Shown: positions 42,201 to 53,965 of the stretch, piece by piece | Position numbering within the stretch: the first letter of the stretch is position 1 | Layout: the number at the start of each line of letters is the position of its first letter | Assembly: GCF_011386835.1 (NCBI RefSeq) | Contig: NC_088812.1 | Span: 11,780,001-11,844,000 of the forward strand | Reading direction: 5' to 3' | Length of the DNA: 64,000 nucleotides | DNA from: Chrysemys picta bellii | Taxonomy: Eukaryota | Program-made: the position numbers and the translations under genes | The notes under the pieces: generated by a model | What the model was told of the DNA's origin: nothing | The model's input: the letters and a program-made list of their open reading frames with translations, nothing else | Databases searched by the model: none

Positions 42201-45069
42201 CCCCTCTCCCACCTGTGAGCGTCCCTGCACCTGCAACCCTCCCCCCCCCCCCCGCACACACTGTCCTGTCCAGCCCCCCTGGACATCCATCCCCCACCTG
42301 CCACTCCCCTCGCATGCTGCCAGCCTCTTCCTCTTTTTGGGTGGAGCCTGTTCCCATGGTGGCGCTGGGAGCCCTGGTACCAGCTGCTGCTGGACCCAGC
42401 CCAATGCCGAGCCCTGCAGAGCACAGCTCTGCGTCCCAGGCCCTGCCAGCTCCGCCATGGGCACAGAGGGATCCCGGACAGGGGAGACGCCAGCGGGGGC
42501 CAAGGACCCAAAAATATCAGTAGTGGCCAGTTCCAGAGCTCCCCTGGTGGGAAGGCACCTGGGCTAGTGAGTCAGAGAAGGGAGCCAGGACTCCTGGGTT
42601 CTCTTCCCACGCTGTCCGGTGGTTAGAGCAGGGGCAGGAGCCAGGGGACTCCTGGGTTCTACTCAAGGCTCAGCCATTGACTAACCATGTGACCTTGGGG
42701 GAGGACACATCCCCCTCTCTGTGCTTCAATTTCCTCATCCGACCAACCCCCCAGGGCAGGTGAGGTTCAGTTCTGGAGTGGAGCCCCCCTTGGGTGGGGG
42801 GCTGGGGTTGATTCTTCTCAAACCCAGTTCTGGCCACAAGCCCAAGGGGGATCAGCGTAGAGGTGTCTCGAAGGGCCCCCCCGCCATGCTCCCCCCCCAC
42901 TACCCCTGTCCTGTCAAGTGGCTGCTTTGGCATTGCCCATGCAGAATGAAGGGGGGGGGCTCATAGTGTTGGGGGTGGAGGTTCAGGGCCCCAGGCTGTC
43001 CTGCAGCGGAGAGCCATGAAGCCCGGAGAGGGAGGTTTGAGGTCAGGACTCAGCTGTGTCAGTTATTAACAATACCGGTGACTGTCATTGCCTGGCCCTG
43101 CAAAGCGCTAGGAACCCAGTCAGACCCCTTCTGTGCTGAGCCCCCGGCAGGCGGAGCTGGAGCTGGTAAACCAGGTGTCAGGCATTCTCCTGCCAGGCCG
43201 CGAGCGGCCTTGGGTTCAGACTGGCTGGCTCAGGGGGGGGAATGGGGCACAGGGTTTTGCCCTCTGGGGGCACCAGCTGGGCTCCAGCCCCAGGTCACGA
43301 GTTGACCCAAAGTCATCCCTGCCCGGGGTGCGGAATGGGTTTGGGGGTCTTCGGTCAGTTCCCGCTTCCCAGGCTCCCACATCACAGTCAGACCCTTCGT
43401 GATTAGTCACCCTCATCTATTGCCCCCGCGGTAAAGGTCAGGCTGGGGAGACCAGGACGCTGGGGCGTGGGGCAGCTCTGCCCTTGGCCCCTCACCCCAT
43501 CAATCCCCCTCCCAGGCTGGCTTGGTTCCTTGGTAGGAGGACACCTTGCCCCGGGGGGGTGGGGTAGCCATGTAAATGCACCTGCCCTGGGGAGGGGGGG
43601 AATTAGGGTTATTCTTTCGCTATTGTTTTAATGTGGGGTGTTTTTTTGCAGCACTGTGCCCTCGCCCCACCTGCCCCCCCTTCCCCCATTTGGGGCAGGT
43701 CCAATTTGATCCGTTGCAGAGACTGGGCCAGGAAGGGAGGAACCAAGAGTCGACCTGTCCCTGAGGTTGGGGGCACTTAGATCCCACGGCAGGCTCCTGT
43801 CTCCCCATAACGCCCAGCCAGCGCAGCCAGCTTGCCTCCCAGAGCACGAGGCTCAGAGCTTGCCCCCTCCCCTCCATGGCTGTGCATGACAAGGCCTCGC
43901 TCTCCAGACTATCTGCATTTCCTCCTGATGGGAAAAGCACCCGCAGGAAGCCGGAGTCCTGGAATTTCTGAGCCGTTCTGTGCAATCTCCGGACTTCCCC
44001 CGGCCGTTCCCCGGCTGCATGGCTCACTCAGCCCTCCCCTTCCTTTTCCCAGCTTGGGCGCTTGCCACCGGTCCCAGCCAGGGCTTGGGCCTCACGGGGG
44101 GAGAGGGGATTTGTGGAACAAATGGCCTGGACTGGCACAGGCAACTCCATCCCGATCTCTCCAGGGTCTGGCTTGGCCCAGGGCACCAGCACCTCCTGCT
44201 GGGAGAGTCCAGGCCTGCAGCAGCTGCTGAATAACAGGGGACTTGGGGTCTTCACAGAAGCCGCATCAGCCCCCGCCTCTTTTCTGATGCCCTATGGTCC
44301 CGAGCAGATGGGCAGCGGGGGCGAGACAGCAAACCAGGGCGTGCTGTCCCATGGCTGAGAAATAACCACCCCCCTCCTGCCTACTCCAGTCCCGGTCTCT
44401 TCCAGCAGGAGGCGCTGTACAGACAGGCTAGCCCGGTGCACTAGGTGCTAGGACGAGCCAGACCCTGATGTGTTCCAGGCCAGCAGCTCCCCTGTCTAGA
44501 GCAGGATCGTTATGGCCTCGGAGGGACCCCTGGAAAGAGTCAGGTTCAGATCTGTTCTTCTGGAGGTCGCTGAACAAAAGCTACCAACTGCCAGCCCCTG
44601 AGAGAGCCACTCCCCGGCCCCTGCCCCCAGCTGCCAGCCGGGGGATTCATTGCCAAGGGATTTGCATGGGTGAGTAGCAGCAGCGCTGTTTACCGTCCAG
44701 GCTGGAGAGTACCTGGCAGGCCCCAGGTATCTCGCTCTCCCCTCTCGTGCTAGGGGAAAGTCCCAGGTCGCCTTCCCAGCAGCCAGGCTCCCTTCCCAGC
44801 AGCCAGGCTCGGTCACACGGAATCCGGGATCGGAAAGTGCCTCCTAAAAGGCCTAGAGAGGTTTCCTGTTTCCATCCACGGAGCTGACTCCCTGGCTTCT
44901 TTCTAGCTGCATCAGCTCTAAGTGCCTGCCCCTGCATGCCCCAGTCAGCCTTTCTGAGTTGTCCGAAAGCGCTTACCCAGCGCTGTTCAGCCACCAGCCT
45001 GATAGGGAAACTGAGGCACAGAGATGGCTGCAAAGTGACTGACCTGTGATCACACAGCCAGTCATGGGC

Positions 45070-45260
45070 AGACCTCCAGGAGTCCTGACTGCCAGTCCTC
45101 CACTCTAACCACTGGACAGCACTCTCCTCCCACTGCTTCAATCACATGCCCCCTACCGGAGCTGGGAACAGAACCCAGAAATCCTGACTCCCAGCTCCGC
45201 CGCCAACTGCTAGACACTGCTCTCCTCCCAGAGCTGGCAATAGAACCCAGGAGTCTGGGC
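45070..45260. repeat. Degenerate copies of the CCAGGAGTCCTG/CTCTAACCACT turtle repeat family
   Basis: CCAGGAGTCCTGACT...CTCTAACCACTGGACAGC...AGAACCCAGAAATCCTGACTCCCAG...AGAACCCAGGAGTC. Similar remnants lie at ~9520-9650 and 42575-42665. Confidence 0.65.
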
Positions 45261-46985
45261 TCACAGATCTCGCCGCCCCCCCGCCCCCCCGCCCTGGACT
45301 CATTTCAGGGTGACGTGCATGGTGTGTGTGTCTGTGGCGGGGGGTAGTTTTCCTTTCAGACAGTGAACTAATGGGCGATCAGTCCCGAGAAGCGGGGGCC
45401 TGGGGGTTGTTATCAGACAGTGACCTCCGCTGGGCAGGAAGGGCAGAGCGCTGAGTAATGGAGAGTTTGGAGCAGCGCCCGTGGGGAAAGCCCAGATCCT
45501 TCCTCCAAGCTCCCCTGGGCAGCCAGGCCTCCCCGCTGCATGGAGATGGCTGGGGCTAGCACAGAGTCCATGGGGCTTGGCTCCAGCTCCTTGTGGGCAC
45601 CCAACACTGTGCAGAGCCACGTGGGCAGCCCGAGGAGCCAGGGTTCAGCTCCTCCGTGCCGCCACCCTGATTGCTCTGAGAGCTTGTGCCCACTCACCCC
45701 AGGATCAGAGGCTGAGGCGTGGGCACAGGGATGAACAGCTGGCGGGGGGGGTCCTACGCAGTGCCCAAGGGTCGTGCCCCTGGCTACCCCGGTGCCCAGC
45801 CAGTCGGACTGCCATTCACCCAGGGAGCCAGGTTGCAATTTCCGTGTTAAACTTTAGCCAGGTCCGGGCCTGTCCAGCCTTTCCTAACAACCCAGCCTGC
45901 CGGGCCAGATAGCCCTCAATGCGTGGGGTGGGGCTGGTGGGATTGCGGTGCACAGCCAGGACCCCCAGGACACAGCGACAGAGCCTGCTGCTTTATCTGT
46001 CCTGGTGCTGCCTAAAACACCCCCCCTGCCCCCATGCAGATGCCAATACACGGGGGCAACAAGGCTTAGAGCACTGTAGCTTATTCCAGTTCATGGAAGG
46101 GAAATGAGGACGGCGGGAGGCACCTCTGCACCCCAGGGCTCCTGCTGGAAAACTGTCCCAGCACAAACCAACACAGTTACCCTGGTCGAACGTCCTAGTG
46201 CAGCCCAGTCCTCAGAGGGGTGGGGGTGAATCAGGGCGGGGGGGCCCTGCTGCTGCTGCCAATTCAACTCTGCCCCAAAACGTGACATTTAAAAAAAAAT
46301 ATTTCACATGCTTCCAAGACAATCATCCATTAGAAACAGCTGGTTTGAAAGGAATAGTCAGCTTGCCCCCCCCCCCCCCCAGCAGGGTTTGCAACCCAAA
46401 TATTGCGACATGAAGACCGAGGGACAACGGCTCTCAAAAGTGGCCTCTGCATATGGGTGTTTGTTGTTCCTGCTGCCGCATCCCACCCCAGGGGTAGTCG
46501 GCTCCCAAGGGCGGGTGACGTGATTCTGAGCCAGGGCTGGAATTGCAAAACCTGGGCTCCCGTTGTGGGCACTTGCAGGCCAGAGACGGGAATGTGCTTT
46601 GGGGGGGGAGAGGCCAGGCAGAGTTCTCCCCCACCCCTCTCCTATCACTGCCCCATCTCTTCCTGCCCCCGACCAGCTCCCTCCCAAACTCCTCTGCACT
46701 TAGTCACGCTGGGTGCTCCTGCTGTCTCAGCCCCCATCTATCCTTTACTCCCATGTGCCCCCGTTTCCCATCCTTTCCCCCAAGTTCTCATGTTCTCCCT
46801 CTCTGCTACCCTAGTCCTCTGCAGCCCCTCAGTCCACCTCCCGTACCCCTCTAGAGCCTGCCTTGAAGTCATTAAAGGGCTACTATCAATATTAAGAATC
46901 CAGTATCATCAATGGACACATCCAACTCAGGTTGGTAAAACATCCGCAAATAGATCATCCAGACCCTGAGGATTTCAGCTGGCAG

Positions 46986-47207
46986 AAGAACACAAGAACG
47001 GCCAGACTGGGTCAGAGCAATGGTCCATCCAGCCCAGTGTCCTGTCTTCCGACAGTGGCTGATGCCAGGTGCCCCAGAGGGAATGAACAGAAGCAGATAC
47101 TTATTGAGGGATCCATCTTGTCCAGTCCCAGCATCTGGCAAACAGAGGCTTAGGGACACCCCGAGCATGGGGCCGCGTCCCTGACCGTCACGGCTAATAG
47201 CCATTGA
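46986..47207 (-). mobile_element. 3'-end fragment of a turtle CR1-type LINE
   Basis: AAGAACACAAGAACGGCCAGACTGGGTCAGAGCAATGGTCCATCCAGCCCAGTGTCCTGTCTTCCGACAGTGG...GGCTAATAGCCATTGA resembles the reverse complement of a common turtle CR1 3' UTR ending in (TTCTTATG)n. Recognised from memory. Confidence 0.7.
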
Positions 47208-47339
47208 ATCGGAGTGACTTTACCCCTTTTGATCTCTCTCTCGCGGGGCCGTGAAAATCAGTGGTTACAAAACATTGTCCGGCGGATGCCAGAATCCGAT
47301 GAGGTGCTGGGTGCTGGAGTTTGAGGGGTGTTGACCCCC

Positions 47340-47931
47340 CCCCCGCCCGCCCCCAGGTGCTGAGTCACCTCCCCTTACCGGACCCGCATTCCGAGAATTT
47401 CCAGCCGGGAGGGCGGCCAGGCCAGGCCAGGCCATGCCAGGCGGAGCGGGAGGGAATCTCCCGGATTGCATTGGAACTATTGTTCTGCATCACTAGTTGG
47501 CGGGGGTGGGGGGGACTCGTGCGGACCCGTTAATTGGCTGGTATTTAAGTCTGTTAAGAAACTCCTCAATCAAGAGTTCAGCCGCGGGGCCAGGTGGAGA
47601 CGCTGCCCTGCGACCCCCCGGCTCGAGCCCGTCCCCACGCGGCTCCAAGCCGGGAAGGGGAGGCAGGGGAGGGGAGTGCTAAGGGAGGCTGTGACTCAGG
47701 ACCTCTGCCATTGGCTACCAGGCAAGAGCCCTGCCTGTCTGATTGGCCAGGGGAAGACCCACCTCTGCCTGCGATTGGCCGGGTGTGTGCTATATCAAGG
47801 CAGCGCTGGCCCCGCGCCCCAGTCCCCCGTCCCTGCAGGGGCTGCGGCGGGGTCGGAGCGAGGGGCCCGTGGCGGGGCGCTGCAGAGCCGCGCGGAGCCG
47901 GAGCGGGACCGGGACCCCCGCCCCCCTCGCC
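47340..47931 (+). promoter_or_regulatory. RND1 promoter and 5' UTR: AP-1 sites, NF-kB site, CCAAT boxes, TATA-like element
   Basis: TGAGTCA 47361-47367, GGGAATCTCC 47452-47461, TGACTCA 47692-47698, ATTGG at 47470, 47533, 47710, 47742 and 47774, TATATCAA at 47791, followed by a CpG-rich leader. Confidence 0.65.
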
Positions 47932-50429
47932 ATGCGGGAGCGGAGGAGCCCGCAGCCGGCCGTGGCCCGGTGCAAGCTGGTGCTGGTGGGGGACGTGCAG
48001 TGCGGGGAAAACCGCCATGCTGCAGGTGCTGGCGAAGGACTGTTACCCCGAGGTGAGCGCCGGCCCCGCGAGGGGCCACCCGGGGGGTTGGTCCCTATAG
48101 GCTCCCCGGGGGATGCCCGGTCCCTGGCCCGCCTCTGCCCAGCCTTCCTGAGCCGTGCTGGGTCCCCCGGGAGCCTGCGCCACCCGGGGCGGCTCCGGGG
48201 CTGGCAGCCTGGCGGGGGTCTCCTGTGCCTGTGTCAAAGGGCTGAGCCCCCCCCCCCACCCCCCGAGAGGCCGCTGTGGGGGGTGGTAATATGGCTCTGT
48301 TCTCCTCCCCCCTTCCCAACACACACACACCGCACTGTGTAGCGTGTGCCAGGCTCTGGCTGGCAGCTGGGCTGGTATGAGGGGCAGCACCCCCCCCCCC
48401 CATTCCCTGGGCTGGGGGCTCTGGGGCCCAGGTGGTGACCGGTGCCGGCTCTCCATCCCAGACCTACGTGCCCACGGTGTTCGAGAACTACACGGCCTGC
48501 CTGGAGACGGAGGAGCAGCGGGTGGAGCTCAGCCTCTGGGACACCTCTGGTAAGGAGCCCCCCCCCCCCCCCAAGGTGGGCTGGAGCTGGTGGGGTGACT
48601 GGGGTGGGGGCTGGCCGCAGGGGAGGTTCCTTCATTCCCTGGGAATGTGTCTGGGGGTCCCTGCAGATCCAGCCCTGCCCCCCACAGCCTAGAATTGGTT
48701 GGGTTTTATGGGGGGGGGGGGGTCCTGGTGCAGGGGGGGGAGTGTCCCACTGCAGGGGAGCGTGTGAGGAATTGAACAGAGAGCTCTTGGGGGAGGGGGT
48801 CAGTTTAAGGCATGTGACCCCCCTTTGGGTTGTTTAATTCTTTAAATGGGGGGGTCCCTACCATTGCAGGGGCAGGCTTGGCTTTGCCTCATGCAGCCCC
48901 CTCCCCCTGCAAATCTTGCCTAAAGCAGCTCATTCAGTCCCCCTTCCCCCCCCCCCACAGTGGGGGTGCGCTTTCCCTGGCATCTCTGAGCATTGGGGGC
49001 TTGGCTTGGGAGGGTGGGGGGGAAACCATGTGCCAGCTCTGACTGACCCCCACCAAAGACAGAACCCAAAGACAGTTGGAGAAACAATAGTGGCCCCATT
49101 CTAGAGGGGCTGGGGGCAACTCGCCACCCCCAGGGACCCTGGTCCTGCAAGAGCGGAACTGGGGCCGGGGGGTCTGTGATGCTGGAGACTCCAGCAGTGG
49201 GTCTAAGAGCCGCTGTCCCCCAGACCACTCCCTGGTGTCCATGGGGTCCCTGCAGCCCAGCTCCCCAGCCCCTGGTGATCCGGGGAGAGGCAAACTGCAG
49301 CCCCCCAGAGGTTCCTGGCTCTGAGGACAGGGTGTGCTCCTCCCCTCAGTGCATCACTGCGGGCTCTGCCGTGGAAGGGGGGAGCAGGGGTGGTATTGGG
49401 GAAATCCCAGGTCAGGAGGCTCCTGCTTGTTCTTGGAGGAGGGGGGACAGGTCCCCTAAAATGAAGGGGGGACTATGGGAGGTCACATTGGGGAGCCCCT
49501 GCAGCAGGAATGCAGCCCCCTCCCTTGCTGCTGCAGCATCCCCCCCCCTCTGGAGGGGGGTCCCAGTCTCGCTTGGATCCCCCTTGTTGCTATGGCGATG
49601 CGCTGGCGCAGGGAGCGCGGCTGTTTGCTATTCTAAGCACAGAGCGTCTGGGCTGCAAAACGCTTGGAAGCTGCTTCCGGGGGTGGGGGAGGGCACCCGG
49701 GCCTTCCCTTCCCTCCCCCTGTGCACCTGGGCCATCCTTCTCCCCCAGGGATACACGGCCCCCTCCCCACCAGCCTGCGTTCCGCCACCCCCGGCTCCCT
49801 GGCGCTGCTCAGCTCTGGGGGGAGGCAGCGAGTTATATAAACGGCTCCTGGAATCATAGAATCCTAGATCATTAGGGTTGGAAGGGACCTCAGGAGATCA
49901 TCTAGTCCAACCCCCCTGCTCAAAGCAGGACCAATCCCCAAATAGCCCCCTCAAGGATTGAACTCACAACCCTGGGTTTAGCAGCCAACGCTCAAACCAC
50001 TGAGCTATCAGGCTCAGATGAGAGGAGCCTGGGATGTGGGCTGGACGGGGGAGGACTGGGGGCTGCGAGGGCCCTGGCTGTACAACTGTATCCAGGGGGG
50101 GTCAGTCCCCTCAGCGTCATATGTGGGGGGTAGGGGGCATGTGAGCCCCCAGGGCAGCGCCCCCTCCTTGGAAGGGTCCTGCTCCTCCATGGGACAGACC
50201 ATGGGTGCTGGTTCACGGCAGCTTCTCTCCTTCTCCCCCCCCCCCCCCCTCCCGGCTCACGGGCAGGGTGAGGGGGGTGACACAGACTCACCAGAGACCC
50301 CCCCTCTCCCCCACAGGGTTCCCCATACTACGACCAATGTGCGTCCCCTCTGCTACAGCGACTCGGACGCCGTCCTGCTCTGCTTCGATGTGGGCCGTCC
50401 CGAGACCCATGGACAGCGCCCTGAAGAAG
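47932..50429 (+). CDS. RND1: Rho family GTPase 1, first three exons (47932-48052, 48462-48549, 50317-50429). Contains four apparent 1-bp insertions, and the last exons are absent (contig ends at 51104).
   Basis: [25 protein letters not shown](+G)[15 protein letters not shown] / [30 protein letters not shown] / SPYYD(N)[23 protein letters not shown](M)DSALKK once indels are removed. This matches RND1 as recalled, and synteny agrees. Confidence 0.9.
49851..50009 (-). mobile_element. Tortoise Pol III/SINE (tRNA-Lys-derived head, CR1-derived 3' tail) in RND1 intron 2
   Basis: Minus strand GATAGCTCAGTGGTTTGAGC (A box)...GTGAGTTCAATCC (B box)...GGACTAGATGATCTCCTGAGGTCCCTTCCAACCC...GATTCTATGA (CR1-type 3' end). 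Confidence 0.85.
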
Positions 50430-50920
50430 GTGAGGACCCCCCCACACACCCTGCCTCTTCTCTCCCCCCTCCCCCCATGACAGATCTGACTGCTGTGTAA
50501 AGAGGGGAGGAGCGGGGGGCCCTGGGGCAGCCGGCCCCAGGCAGGGATGGGGTGTTGGGCTCCCAGCCAGTGGTGAAGAGCTGGTTACAAGATGAGGCAC
50601 TGGGGCCCCGTCATGCACCGGGCAGGGCTGCATTGCTGGCGTGGTCTGAGTCCTTCAGTGCAGGGCAGTTGGACACTACCCCCTGGCCCCCCCCACCCGG
50701 GTCTCTGATTGCAGGGGGTGGGGTATTTCATAATGGGAGGGCCGGGGCCCCCTCTCATGAGGAGCCAAACACACCTGTGCCCCCAGACCTGCTCTACAGC
50801 TGGGGGGGGGGCGCAGAGGCTAAACCTTGGGGGGTGACCCCTTGATTTCCTTCTCCAAGACTTTCTGCTTGGCTTAAAGACTTGGGGGGAGGCCTCTTCT
50901 GCCCCACTGGCTGACAGCAG

Positions 50921-51012
50921 CGTGCCGCTCCCCTGGTGCGCCCGTGCCGCTCCCCTGGGCGCCCGTGCCGCTCCCCTGGGCGCCCGTGCCGCTCCCCTGG
51001 GCGCCTGTGCCG
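50921..51012. repeat. Minisatellite, ~4.3 x 21 bp (CGTGCCGCTCCCCTGGGCGCC)
   Basis: Units start at 50921, 50943, 50964 and 50985. Confidence 0.88.
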
Positions 51013-51104
51013 TCTGTCTGTCCTGCTGCTCCTTCCACTTCTGGTTGTGCTGGGGCAGGGAGAGGGAATGTTTCTTTTAACCTCTTTGCCAACATGGATC
51101 TGAC

Positions 51105-51604
51105 NNNNNNNNNNNNNNNNNNNNNNNNNNNNNNNNNNNNNNNNNNNNNNNNNNNNNNNNNNNNNNNNNNNNNNNNNNNNNNNNNNNNNNNNNNNNNNNN
51201 NNNNNNNNNNNNNNNNNNNNNNNNNNNNNNNNNNNNNNNNNNNNNNNNNNNNNNNNNNNNNNNNNNNNNNNNNNNNNNNNNNNNNNNNNNNNNNNNNNNN
51301 NNNNNNNNNNNNNNNNNNNNNNNNNNNNNNNNNNNNNNNNNNNNNNNNNNNNNNNNNNNNNNNNNNNNNNNNNNNNNNNNNNNNNNNNNNNNNNNNNNNN
51401 NNNNNNNNNNNNNNNNNNNNNNNNNNNNNNNNNNNNNNNNNNNNNNNNNNNNNNNNNNNNNNNNNNNNNNNNNNNNNNNNNNNNNNNNNNNNNNNNNNNN
51501 NNNNNNNNNNNNNNNNNNNNNNNNNNNNNNNNNNNNNNNNNNNNNNNNNNNNNNNNNNNNNNNNNNNNNNNNNNNNNNNNNNNNNNNNNNNNNNNNNNNN
51601 NNNN
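51105..51604. other. Scaffold gap (500 N)
   Basis: Exactly 500 N. Confidence 0.99.
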
Positions 51605-53965
51605 GCTCTAGATAGGGGAGCTGCTGGCCTGGAACACATCAGGGTCTGGCTCGTCCCAGCACCTAGTGCACCGGGCTAGCCTGTCTGTACAGCGCCTCCT
51701 GCTGGAAGAGACCGGGACTGGAGTAGGCAGGAGGGGGGTGGTTATTTCTCAGCCATGGGACAGCACGCCCTGGTTTGCTGTCTCGCCCCCGCTGCCCATC
51801 TGCTCGGGACCATAGGGCATCAGAAAAGAGGCGGGGGCTGATGCGGCTTCTGTGAAGACCCCAAATCCCCTGTATCCAGCAGCTGCTGCAGGCCTGGACT
51901 CTCCCAGCAGGAGGCGCTGGTGCCCTGGGCCAAGCCAGACCCTGGAGAGATCGGGATGGAGTTGCCTGTGCCAGTCCAGGCCATTTGTTCCACAAATCCC
52001 CTCTCCCCCCGTGAGGCCCAAGCCCTGGCTGGGACCGGTGGCAAGCGCCCAAGCTGGGAAAAGGAAGGGGAGGGCTGAGTGAGCCATGCAGCCGGGGAAC
52101 GGCCGGGGGAAGTCCGGAGATTGCACAGAACGGCTCAGAAATTCCAGGACTCCGGCTTCCTGCGGGTGCTTTTCCCATCAGGAGGAAATGCAGATAGGCT
52201 GGAGAGCGAGGCCTTGTCATGCACAGCCATGGAGGGGAGGGGGGCAAGCTCTGAGCCCCACGCTCTGGGAGGCGAGCTGGCTGCGCTGGCTGGGCGTTAT
52301 GGGGAGATAGGAGCCTGCCGTGGGATCTAAGTGCCCCCAACCTCAGGGACAGGTCGACTCTTGGTTCCTCCCTTCCTGGCCCAGACTCTGCAACGGATCA
52401 AATTGGACCTGCCCCAAATGGGGGAAGGGGGGCAGGTGGGGCGAGGGCATAAAATGATGCAGGGAGGGAGAGGATTTGGCCTCTCTTCATGTAATGAAAC
52501 CCACACCAGTTACCATGACAACAGTGCTGCAAAAAAACACCCCACATTAAAACAATAGCGAAAGAATAACCCCAATTCCCCCCTCCCCAGGGCAGGTGCA
52601 TTTACATGGCTACCCCACCCCCGGGGCAAGGTGTCCTCCTACCAAGGAACCAAGCCAGCCTGGGAGGGAGATTGATGGGGTGAGGGGCCAAGGGCAGAGC
52701 TGCCCCACGCCCCAGCGTCCTGGTCTCCCCAGCCTGACCTTTACCGCGGGGGCAATAGATGAGGTGACTAATCACGAAGGGTCTGACTGTGATGGGAAGC
52801 GGGAACTGACCGAAGACCCCCAAACCCGTTCCGCACCCCGGGCAGGGATGACTTTGGGTCACTCGTGACCTGGGGCTGGAGCCCAGCTGGTGCCCCCAGA
52901 GGGCAAAACCCTGTGCCCCATTCCCCCCCGGAGCCAGCCAGTCTGAACTCAAGGCCACTCGCGGCCTGGCAGGAGAATTCCTGACACCTGGTTTACCAGC
53001 TCCAGCTCCGCCTGCCGGGGGCTCAGCACAGAAGGGGTCTGACTGGGTTCCTAGCGCTTTGCAGGGCCAGGGAATGGCAGTCACCGGTATTGTTAATAAC
53101 TGACACAGCTGAGTCCTGACCTCAAACCTCCCTCTCCGGGCTTCATGGCTCTCCGCTGCAGGACAGCCTGGGGCCCTGAACCTCCACCCCCCCATCCCCA
53201 ACACTATGAGCCCCCCCCTTCATTCTGCATGGGCAATGCCAAAGCAGCCACTTGACAGGGACAGGGTAGTGGGGGGGGGGAGCATGGCGGGGGGCCCTTC
53301 GAGACACCTCTACGCTGATCCCCCTTGGGCTTGTGGCCAGAACTGGGTTCGAGAAGAATCAACCCCAGCCCCCCACCCAAGGGGGGCTCCACTCCAGAAC
53401 TGAACTTCACCTGCCCTGGGGGGTTGGTCAGATGAGGAAATTGAAGCACAGAGAGGGGATGTGCCTCCCCCAAGGTCACATGGTGAGTCAATGGCCAAGT
53501 CTTGAGTAGAACCCAGGAGTCCTGGCTCCTGCCCCTGCTCTAACCACCGGACAGCGTGGGAAGAGAACCCAGGAGTCCTGGCTCCCTTCTCTGACTCACT
53601 AGCCCAGGTGCCTTCCCACCAGGGAGCTCTGGAACTGGCCACTACTGATATTTTTGGGTTCTTGGCCCCCGCTGGCGTCTCCCCTGTCCGGGATCCCTCT
53701 GTGCCCATGGCGGAGCTGGCAGGGCCTGGGACGCAGAGCTGTGCTCTGCAGGGCTCGGCATTGGGCTGGGTCCAGCAGCAGCTGGTACCAGGGCTCCCAG
53801 CGCCACCATGGGAACAGGCTCCACCCAAAAAGAGGAAGAGGCTGGCAGCATGCGAGGGGAGTGGCAGGTGGGGGATGGATGTCCAGGGGGGCTGGACAGG
53901 ACAGTGTGTGCGGGGGGGGGGGGGGAGGGTTGCAGGTGCAGGGACGCTCACAGGTGGGAGAGGGG

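Larger units (their letters stand above)
34385..44502. repeat. Copy 1 of a >=10-kb inverted duplication (partner 51605-64000)
   Basis: The reverse complement of the first bases of contig 3 (GCTCTAGATAGGGGAGC) matches 44486-44502, and window end 64000 maps to 34385. The copies are collinear with scattered SNPs and indels. Confidence 0.95.

Noticed and set aside
50836-51104. Missing RND1 exon 4 or a separate gene at the contig end
   Set aside because: No WRTEILDYCP-like coding sequence in any frame. Only a 21-bp minisatellite and unassignable sequence are present.
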